DNA of 61,364 nt, the filler included, from Choristocarpus tenellus KU-1152 (Eukaryota; Protista; Phaeophyceae): assembly GCA_964200185.2 (NCBI GenBank). It is 10 parts of 10 records of this genome, joined end to end, with 100 filler letters (N's around TTAATTAATTAA, not from the genome) between each part and the next. Parts side by side here need not be neighbours in the genome. Positions count along the whole stretch, not along the records: positions 49,064 to 56,044 come from CAXNAD020006925.1; positions 56,145 to 61,364 come from CAXNAD020011461.1; 8 more parts are not named here. One strand, 5' to 3'. How positions within the stretch are numbered: position 1 is the first letter of the stretch; every line of letters begins with the position of its first letter. The notes under the pieces are model-generated. The model saw nothing but the letters and a program-made list of their open reading frames with translations. It had not been told where the DNA came from and did not search any database. Positions 51,376-61,364 of this stretch are shown piece by piece. Position numbers and translations under genes: made by a program.

Positions 51376-53093
51376 ACTATAATCTCAAAACCAAAAATCA
51401 TTCTGTCCATAGTCCATTGCGGTTGTGGATGGGTGAACGGGTGTATTGACTTGTGAATGAAAAAGCACCAGAAGAGTTGGCTATCTTGGGTGCACATACC
51501 TATCATTCATCAAGGGCAAACAAGACACCCTCTTTTGACCACCTGCATGCACTAACAGCAGTACCTCCGAACATAACCACAACAATAACCACAAACTAGA
51601 AAGACCTGTAGCCAAAAACAGTCCGACTGACATTCTATCACTGATAGCCAGCCAAATGGTCAGAAATGAAATAAACCTACAGAGACCATCATGTGAAAAA
51701 AAAGGGGTTTTTGCTCTTGCTCGGACACTAAAGAGACAAGTGCCGGACAACATATCATGACCACAAATACGCTGAAGTAACACATGCAGCGTAAACAAAA
51801 AAAACAATCAGTAAAAAAACCCATCGAAAATAGCAAAATGTGACAAGGCTCACCTCTCAAACACAGCATGTGCATAATCTAGAATTGCAACAAGAGGTCT
51901 GTGGATGCACACGTCAAGGGAAGTTATACCACAACAAACGACAACAAGGTAACACTTAACCCTCACCCCAAGGGAAAGAGACCACTGGTCAAATTTTGTG
52001 GACCGTTCTTGGTAGAAAGAAACACAGACTACCTACCACTGACCGTGAAAGACTCAGTAGCCAAGTTAGGGTCCCTACATAAAAACGCTGTAGAGGTAGC
52101 ATAGGCAATCGAATTCCTGTAGGCAAAAACAATGAGCAACAGCGACCAAAGAGTTAGTTACACAACACACAAACACAAACAACCTCACAGCAACCAAAGC
52201 AACAGAGGCAGCAAGAAGCAAGAGATGTAGAGGAAGGTGAACGAGCACACTGTTGTGCTGCGTGATTGACAGACTGATTGAACCTACCGTGAGGATCACA
52301 CAACACACAGCAAGCAACCCCCCCCATCAGACCCACACATCAAATGTGCACTGCACGGATAGGTGGGAGGGAGTCAGTCACACCTCAAGTTATTCATAAA
52401 TACCAAGCTACCACAAGACACAATGGGTGAGTATCAACCCAACAGTACGGATCAGAACTAATAAGAACTAAGGAAAAGTACTACTCAAAATCTTGTTCCT
52501 CCACTGTGCACCCTCTTGCCCTCCTTCTCAAATCTCCCCAAAAGCAGTCCTCTCAAAGGAGGACCAGAGGCTACCCTGCTAAGACGGACTTCTATCTCTC
52601 TCCCTCTCTGTCCTCCCTTCAAGATCGTGCCAGGGGGCCACAGCACATGATCTCCTTTGCCACAAGTGTATCCAACCCCAGTGTATTGCACTACTCTCGA
52701 CATATCCTCAACTTCCACCCACCCCACAGTGTTTCACCATAAACAGTCAAAGGAAAAATTCCAACATGACATCAAGTGGTGGGCAGAGAAGGTATGCTCG
52801 TCACCAGCAGTTCCAAGAGGGCACCTCTATGAAGTCCGGATTGATGGTATGGTGCGATGCATGGGGCAAGCAAACCTACAAGGCAAGCACAAAAAAAAGT
52901 ACACAAACATCTCCACTTTCTTGCCTTTCCTCACTCCCCCCCCTCTAGTGATCGGACCAACCTAAATCAAGGGCAAGGACCATATTTTCAACAGAAGTCC
53001 ACAGTACTACAAGACAGACAAACAGACAGACATACCCCAATGAAGCCTACCATCAACACAATGCAAGCCAATAGTAGCAGAGCATCATCACCA

Positions 53094-53831
53094 TCATATT
53101 CTGTTTCCGAAGTCATGCACAAAAGTGCTTCTAACCTCGCCATTACTTCCACTTCCTTGGACAATACCATTGCTCCCAATGTCATAAAAGTCGGCTCCTC
53201 CAACTCCCTCTCCTACATCACTACTATAGGGGTTTGTATTCAAGATTTGATGGTTGTTGCTCAGAACCTGGTGACTACTGGCTGCATCAAGAGCCATCTC
53301 GTCATCAACCATAGAGTCTGTTCCACCTCTTGGAGTCCCAATCAACTCCATGTTCATGAGCAAGCTGTGCTCCCCATTTTGGGGTATTCTCTCCATTGCC
53401 CCGCAGCCTTCACTTCTACTTTCAGAACAGAACTGCACACCTGGTAGGCCAACAGACAAATGTATGTATGTATGTATGTATGTATGTATGTATGTATGTA
53501 TGTATGTATGTATGTATGTATGTATGTATGTATTGTATTATCATTAGTACAGTCATCATCCTCAACTAACCTCATACCTTGTATTTTAACTTGATAACGC
53601 ACCTGGCATCCCCTCTGTATATAGACCTGAGTAGTGAAAGCCTCCCCCATTCACTAGCAAGTCCCCACCCTGGTCAGGACCAGCAGCCTTCGCTTGCTGT
53701 TGCTGTCCTTGATGTCCATTGCCCGGAGTCATCATATTAACATGCACCTCTCCCTGCCCCCCCCATCCCCTTCTTCCTCCCGACTCTCCTTCCTGATCCA
53801 TCACACTCATGTCGAAGTCACTCAAAGTCTC
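53094..53831 (-). CDS. Last two exons (53831-53603, 53440-53094) of an unknown gene with a low-complexity, likely disordered C-terminus
   Basis: Phase-1 join CCAG|gtgcgt...ccag|GT gives [15 protein letters not shown]...[14 protein letters not shown]...VHDFGNRI*; the intron contains (TATG)n. Confidence 0.6.
53461..53532. repeat. (TATG)n microsatellite
   Basis: Direct reading. Confidence 0.95.
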
Positions 53832-54767
53832 CTACAGAAAAATCATCACGACACAACAGTACATCACATAAAAAAGAAAGAAAAAGATCAGGATGGGACA
53901 AGATAGGCTAAATCCCATCATGGATTAAAATACTACACAATTTGGGGTCAATCCCCAGAATACCACTGCCTGTAACTCGAACAAACCCGAACCCTCAAAA
54001 TAAAATAAAAATTGGCACCACTGCAGTGCATCGAATTTAGAGCAATCCCCCCCCCATCCCAAATCCAAACCCTAACCTGCCTCTGAGTCAACAGACTGAA
54101 AGGTGCATGTGTGTTTTCTTTTTATTAAATAGTTTTACAGGGGGGTTTCAACCTTGCAGTAAAAAAGAGACGGTGAACACATTTGAAACGAGGGCGCTGG
54201 CGCTGACAATGATAACTTAACTTCTACACACCGAACGCACAACAACGTTAATTCTCTTTCTACTACCTTGATAATTAAAAAAAATTCCTACGGTAAGAAC
54301 TTAAACACCACAAACAAAATAAAAAATAAGAACAAAATAAATGGTTTGCCCAAAAAAATAATCCAGGATTTTACGTAATCCCTATTTTTTTGTTACTTCA
54401 GAGCCATTTACGATGTGTGGAAGGGTACTTTCCAAAGGAACTAGAATTTTTTTATTCAGTATAATTCCAAATAAACTTCCAGACAACTCTTCCAAAGGGA
54501 AACTTGCAAAAAAGAACACGATAAAAAAAAAGTGCAGCTCGTCCAAATTTATACGGATCCTATGCTCTTTGTAAAAGTCAAAAAGAATCAATAGAAGCAT
54601 CCAACTCTCTTCCCACCTCACAACCCCAAAAATATACTACTGATATACCAATGTTTGTCACACTATTGTGGAAAGTAAGATATTTTCTACAAACATCCCT
54701 GCACAAACATAAACAGTCCTACACCTATCCCTAACCCCTTAACACAACCAAACACAAATGTTCCTGG

Positions 54768-54831
54768 CCCTAACCCTAACCCCCTCAATACACACCATCA
54801 TAAATGACCCTGACCCTAACCCTAACCCTAA
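54768..54831. repeat. Interstitial telomere-like (CCCTAA)n runs; (TTAGGG)n also at 55115-55136 and 17176-17194
   Basis: Direct reading. Confidence 0.8.
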
Positions 54832-55221
54832 CAACTCAACAAGCATACAAGCTTGTTGCAACTCCCACTCGAACAAACTGTTTCCATGCACAACAGAGTA
54901 TTAAAGTGCACAAATTGTAGGGATGAAAATCGTTTAAACTTGAACATCAGGGATAGGGATGGAACTTTTATCTCACAATTGAAGATATTACTACTGTTTT
55001 ATTCTTTTTGAGAAACGGAGCAGAGCAATTCTACCAACCAGGCGTCGAGGTCCTTGGGGGTGAGAAGGAGTGCTATTCTAATTTATTTTGACGTTACGCA
55101 ATCCTTTCGGATTCTTAGGGTTAGGGTTAGGGTTAGTTCTCTCTCTCGTGGTTGTTACACAAATTCTTCTCAACAAAACAAAAATTCCCTCGTAACAGGA
55201 TCGTTTTCCTGTTCCCTGTAC

Positions 55222-55356
55222 AAATTTCCTGGGTTCAATTCCCATCTTCGTCAGACTTTATTTTCTTCACAGAAACCTGACTTTTCCCTACACGAATTTC
55301 CTGGGTTCAATCCCCATCCTTATCAGACCTTATTTTCTTCACTTAAACCTGGCTTT
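55222..55356. repeat. ~72-bp tandem duplication
   Basis: AATTTCCTGGGTTCAATyCCCATC...TCAGAC.TTATTTTCTTCAC...AAACCTG occurs twice. Confidence 0.85.
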
Positions 55357-56212
55357 GAGTACCCAAAGGCACGTGACAAGCGTTCTACACAATCTCTTTA
55401 GATGTAACTAAAGAGATAAACAGAATGGAGGGTAATATGAACATGGACTAACCATTGGGATAGAAGGGAATGGTGGGCAGAATGGTGATAGTTACAGACA
55501 TCAAACAGCTCTACATGTAGCAAAGATAATAATCTCCCAACATAAAAAATAGGCATCCACACAAGACCTCTCTTACACACCCCGGACAAGATGACACTAC
55601 AGTAACATAATCTTGAAAAATATTGTAACTAATATCGTTGCAACCCTACCATAACATACCGTTGAAACACTATTGTAACACATCTTTGGAACACTATCGT
55701 AACGTAATGTTGAAACACTCTAACGCTACATAACACACGTAACACAAAACCTCATACATTTTTGCCCTGGAGCGCTACGCGACTGTGTACATCTATACCA
55801 AAACAGCACATGCACGTTTGACATCTCCAACACCACATGCAGCATCACAAGCATGAAGTAACTGCCAATCATTACATTGCCCAGGTTGTCAACACCTAAA
55901 AAAAAACCATCTCTCCACACATCATACATAAACACATACATCTCCCCAACTCCTCACTACTTCCTCTCCCCAGACTGACCTCCAATCCCCCATGTCGTGA
56001 ACACCTTGGCACCCTCCCCCCCCGCGCCCCCCCCCCCCCCCCATNNNNNNNNNNNNNNNNNNNNNNNNNNNNNNNNNNNNNNNNNNNNTTAATTAATTAA
56101 NNNNNNNNNNNNNNNNNNNNNNNNNNNNNNNNNNNNNNNNNNNNGGGCAAAGGGGGGGGGGGCAGGGGAGTGGGGGGGTGGGGTCCGGGCCCGGCGGGGG
56201 GGGTGATTGTGT

Positions 56213-56243
<31 letters not shown>

Positions 56244-57227
56244 TCCCTGTTCCCTTCCCGGTTGCCTATTGTTACCCTTCCAGTACCCTCTCATATTTTC
56301 GACCCTGACTGTAAGTGTACATGGTGTGGATGGGGGTTTTGAATTGGTGAAGGAAGGATTTGGCTGTGAACATTATGATGGTTGGTGGTCGGTGGTTGAA
56401 GTCTTTTTTTTTTGGACTGGGCTTCCAATCTGATGGTGGTGTCTTGAAGACATGCTCTATGGGTGGTGATGTAATGAAGTATTTTTGTGAATTGTGATGA
56501 CTAAATCCAATGACACTGAACTGCTGTGGTTTGATTCGATGAGTTGAATTGAGGTTTTGTAAAAGTTGACTCAAACAGGTAATTTTCCACTGGTTGCATT
56601 CTCACGTGTGAGAAGAGGCCCATGGCGCTCTAGACTCATTGTGGACGATTTAATTTGATGATTGAGTGTTTCGAAATCTTTTTTATTTTGTCTCGATTAA
56701 CCTATTCTTCTTACCTTATGATTCACAACACAATGATGCAGGCTCTTCTGTTGCAAGGAGTGCTGGATTTTTTTTTAATGTTTTGTTTCTGGTTTGATTT
56801 TAATTTTGATTTTGATCAAAGGTACCGATGATGTTATCGCGCTTGGTGATTGGGTGATTGGGGTTTCATATATTTTTTTGCTTTTGATGAGATGTGTAAT
56901 ACAAGGCATTTTGAATGCTGTAGTTTTTTTTTTAAATTGAAATGCTGTGTGTGATGGTTCGTAGTGGAGAGGGTGAATTGAAGAGGTAGCATACGGTGGT
57001 TGGTATCAATACTTTTAACAGTTGTGGTGATGTTATTGATAATGGAACAAGTAATGGCCTATTCAACAAGATAAAAAATTGAAAATGCTTTGAAAACCTA
57101 GTGGAGTTAGATATCAATTTCTGGGTACATCAATGATGTTAAAAATATTCTAGAGACATTTGAATTTTTAACATGTGTTTTTTATTTTCGTTTTTATTTT
57201 TTGTATCCCTTTGAAACTACTGTGCAG

Positions 57228-59620
57228 GTGAAGCCCCCCAAGGAGCGCCTCATAGATAACTTCACTACCAACTGGCGACCAAACAGTGACATTGTCTATG
57301 CGTTTGAGGCAAGGGTGCGAAAACACGCCAGTGCTCTGGTTAAATATTAAATGTTAAATATTAAATGTTAAATGAGGGGGCAGTGGTACTTGGGTTTGGG
57401 GGTTTTGGGGAGGGTAGGGGGGACGGGGGACTGGAGGCATGTTTTTACTTGAGGTTTGTTTTTGGAAGGGGTTTTGACTGTGGTAAGGTATGCCGTGATG
57501 ACTAGTGTAACTTGTACTTCCTGTAGTAATGTAGTAATTATTTAGATTGTTGATTGGTACTGGAGATGCTGCGTTCGGAATGAAAGGTTTGATCTCAGGA
57601 CAGTAGGGTATGTCTCAACGTTTTTTGCTATTTTTTTGTTTTTGTGTGATTTGATTGGAGGAGAAAGAGGAGCATGGTGGGTGATGTGTGTACTACTCTC
57701 AAGCATATGTGATTGCTTGTTCCTGTAAGGTACTTTTGATGTTCGATGTTTCAGCTGGTTTGAAGGTCCAATCCCTTAATGTAAATGGGTAAGTGTAGAG
57801 GACAACCCTACGTTTTGGGGTTAATGAGTTGGTTTTAGGATTGCAGTTACGGAGAGAGAGAGAGGGAGAGGGAGAGAGTTGAGGTGTGGTCAATTTCAAG
57901 ATGGAGACGATGCTGTTCCTAATGCTGCAGTAGTGTACAAAACTGTGGATTTTCTGAAATGGAAGAGCAAAGTGATGAACAGTATTAGTAATATGTTGGT
58001 ATTATAGGTGCTAAGTGTTCAAAATGAAATGATATGATAAGATATGATGTAGGATGAATGAGTCCTGTTGGGTAAATGTGTGAAATGTAGCATAGGCTGT
58101 TATGACCATGGGGTGAGTCTTTTTTTGTGGTTCATGTTCACATTCCGTGTGTTTTTTTCTTTTTAGGTTGTGGATAATATGTGGTATGTTTTTTGCTCAA
58201 CTTCTGTTGATAGGTTAATGGTTTCTTTCTTGCTGTACCATGCTGTCATGTATGATTGTGTCCTGGACCATTTAGGGACCATTTAGGGACCATTTAGGAG
58301 GATTGAACTCATGTGCATGTTTGTGTTTTGTGTTTTGATATTTTCCCCTGTGTGTTTCTTGGTGTCTTAGGTCTTGCTTTTTTGTGAGTATTGATGTGGT
58401 GCTGTGCCAGTTCTATTCATAATGCATACTACAAATATTTGCTACACCCAAAGTAAACCTTTAAGGAACAGTAGTAGGAGTATTGCGCTTGGGGGTGTAT
58501 TGGTACTCCCCAACATGTGTTTTCAATGCCACCAAAAGGTGTACCTTCTGTAACTGTCTAAAAAAAAAAGTTTTTAGTCTCTTCCCTGTCTCCGTATTTC
58601 TCCTTACGTTTATGTGTTTGTTTGTCTCCTGTTTCACTTTTGTCTGCTAGCTGGGGAAGCCAACAGGGAAGTTTGGAACTATTGTGGGACTGTACGAGAA
58701 GCAGTCAAACACTGTCAATGAAAAGTTCCTTTACAGACGGGTGGGTTCTCTCGAGGATGCAGCAGTTGAAGTATTGACTCAGCAATCATGCAAAATCCAA
58801 TGTGAAGTGGTTTGGTAGTCTTTCTTGATTTGAGGAACATGCTCATGCTGGAGTGGTGCTCTATTGAAAGCGTTCCAAGTTCAAGTTCAAGTTCAAGTTC
58901 ATTGACGTGGTACTGTCACTTTTGGATAGGTTTCAGCAAGCTGTGTTCAACCCCATGTGTTTGGTGAAGTGTATGTATGTTTTGCTGTATTCATTGCTAG
59001 TGCAGGGTGTGGATTTAGTCAGATGTTGAGTGCAATGCAGGCGACAATGTTGCTCAGTGCACAGTTGAAGGATTCCACCCCTATTTGCATTGAGATGAGA
59101 TGAGATGAGATGTTCACAGTTGTGGCCGTTGCACCAAAGAAGTTTGCGTAATGATGTCAAGTCTGATATGATAGTCTGCATTTGCTCATAGTGTGTGATG
59201 TTGGTATATTGATAGAGATGTAAATCTGTTGTACAAAACAAGTTATTTCCCTTGTTCGTTGTTCTCATTCTCATTCTCATTCTCATTCTTATTTATACCA
59301 TCACCTTGTTGCACTTTCCTCCCCTTCCGCTGCTGTTCCAGTCCTCTGTGTAATATTTGTCCATCCTCATTGACGTAGATGAAGTGCAATGGTCACAAAC
59401 TTGAATCCCCCCCAGTCCAAGCCCTCGCTCTCCTTTTTATTAGATGTAATATTAAAAAAACCCTTTTTGTGCACTTCTGGAGTGACAGGTTCCAGTGATT
59501 GACCCCATGTTTCTTGGTCCTGAAGATGAGGTGTGTCCGTATCTGTTTCATGACCTCGAAACAAAAATGTGGACATTCTCACACAACTACCCACCCCAGG
59601 CTTTTGAGTCCCTGTACCGG
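57228..59620 (+). CDS. Unknown gene fragment; exons 57228-57314, 58651-58740, 59489-59620
   Basis: Three phase-0 exons with polypyrimidine-AG and GT sites join to VKPPKERLIDNFTTNWRPNSDIVYAFEARLGKPTGKFGTIVGLYEKQSNTVNEKFLYRRVPVIDPMFLGPEDEVCPYLFHDLETKMWTFSHNYPPQAFESLYR. Confidence 0.75.
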
Positions 59621-61364
59621 GTAAGAAGTAGGAGGTATTCAGTGCTTGGAGGGAGGAATAGAATGGTACACTTGGTATGCAGTAATGTGTTGTAGTTGTT
59701 TTGTGCATGTTAGTTTGGGTAGGAGTTGGTGGGGTAAGGTTTGTGTAGAGAGTGGGATGGCGATCATTTCTTTGTCAGAGGTGAGTGTGTAGCGCCATTG
59801 CAGCACTGAATTTTTCGTTTTATGAGAGGTCAAGGTGTGTTTTAGGCAAAGAGGCATGTTTTGGACCTGATCTTATCCTTGGAAAAGTGTTTTGTTTGTG
59901 CTATGGGAGAAAAGTGTTGCTAAGGGAGGGCAGGGGGGGGAGGGGTTGAAGTTTTCTTTGGAGTATATGTATCACAGCCACAGTCATATGTTGGAAATGG
60001 GGGAGGTCTAGGATTGTGGACCATAAGGTTGAGTTGAGTGACTTGGCCTTGCTTTAGTTGTGAAGTTCACAGGTAGGCATTTTGTTGAAGGATGGAAGGT
60101 GTTGGTGACAGTGTTTTTACTGAAATAGGTTTCTTTGGGATTGTTGTGTTGACCAATCAGAATTGAGTATTCCGTTTTTTTTGTCACTGTAGTTTTTTTT
60201 TATGAAACCAAGAACAAAGCGTCACAGAAACAGAAAATATTAACATTTGTTGGCTGCTGTATGGTGATGTGGGGATGATTTCCTTTTGTCATCAGTACCA
60301 CCTTTCCATGGGAGCTAATAATCTTGGAACTCCCTTGATGGACGAGAAATGCTTCCTAGAGAATTGTGTCAAGGTGGGTCAGACAAGATGGTTAGACAAG
60401 ATGGTGGGGTGGAGAGTCATGTTACATTTTACTGGTTACAATGTGAACTTGAGGATATGTTTGATTGCAGTGTCATAGCACGTATATGAAGAAGGTAGAC
60501 ATTAGTCTTTTATTTTATTTTATGACAACAAGTACAGAGTAGTGTTCATTGTAGGCCATGAGTCATCTCAAATGGATGGAAGGATTGAGACTGGGGCATG
60601 GGTAAGCTCTGCTGCGATGTAATTGTTGGATGTGTGACATACCAAGTATTTTATGGAGAGGTGTAGCTCTTGAGGGTGTGTGTAGGGGCTCTGCTGTGTA
60701 GGTCACCCTTTGTGCTGCTTGCAGTGAGTCGTCCTCTGTGTGTGTATACTTTTCACCCTATTCTGAATCTTGTTGTGGGGTTCCTAAATCATGTGCATAG
60801 CCTAGAGACATAACTGTCAATTTGTCAAGATGTGCATCATTACATGATGGCGTACACATACTGAAATTTTTCTGCATTCTCAGTTTAGGTTGTGTTTGTC
60901 ATACAACACTATTCTATAGTTCAACTATCCCTCCCCCCCCTCCCACCATCCCCTATCTCCAAGATTTTAGTACACTTAAGTATATACTGAGTAGTTTATA
61001 TATGTACATATACTGCTGATTAATAATTGCTGGTTTATTGGTTTCATTTGACCAAACTACACAAGGTGAGGGGCTGCACCACCCTGTTCCCACCGGTAGA
61101 GGTTATGCTGGCTGCAGGCAAGAGGGTCAAAGATGTATGTGAGGTTGCCTGGAGAGGTTGCTTCGCGGGAAACCCTTCTAATGTTGCTGTGGGACTGTTC
61201 TGCAGGCTGATGAGGTGGGTATTTTGTTCACTTTTTGCTGGGGTCAGAAACCACTCAGAACATTGCTGGAGGAGGAGGGAGTTGCAGGGGTGACTTGGGG
61301 GGTGATGATGAGAGAGTTTTTTTTTTTACCACATAGACTACACGGTCTATTACTCCCTCTGCTC

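Noticed and set aside
52857-53447. 196-aa plus-strand ORF
   Set aside because: Antisense shadow of the minus-strand terminal exon, which has proper splice signals.
1-61364. tRNA, rRNA or snRNA genes; viral or prokaryotic operon-like inserts
   Set aside because: No cloverleaf, rRNA-like segment or run of long intronless ORFs was recognised by eye; a covariance-model search would be needed to exclude small RNAs.

Overview
This is eukaryotic DNA, most likely a brown alga (Phaeophyceae) or close stramenopile relative. The evidence is a brown-algal-type, intron-rich vanadium haloperoxidase, short GT-AG exons in long introns, and TTAGGG repeats. The window is not one locus. It is ten short contigs joined by nine artificial 100-bp linkers (44 N + TTAATTAATTAA + 44 N), so neighbourhood across linkers means nothing. 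Almost all ORFs in the supplied track are spurious, and real genes had to be rebuilt exon by exon. Supported content: (1) the 5' half of a secreted vanadium-dependent haloperoxidase gene (6 exons, minus strand) with two disabling lesions; (2) three exons of a CAMK/Chk2-like Ser/Thr kinase whose introns hold a 20-bp minisatellite and an array of ~32-bp palindromes with short spacers; (3) several phase-consistent multi-exon gene fragments of unknown function; (4) decayed transposons, namely an LTR-bounded Ty1/Copia plus two further Copia RT relics, two plant-type (DD39D-like) mariner transposase pseudogenes, a pogo/Tigger HTH fragment, a gag zinc-knuckle relic, and two related MITE families with 4-bp TSDs and Sola2-like ends. 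I found no clearly new multi-gene system. The best leads are the palindrome-spacer array, the Sola2-like MITE families and the disabled haloperoxidase.
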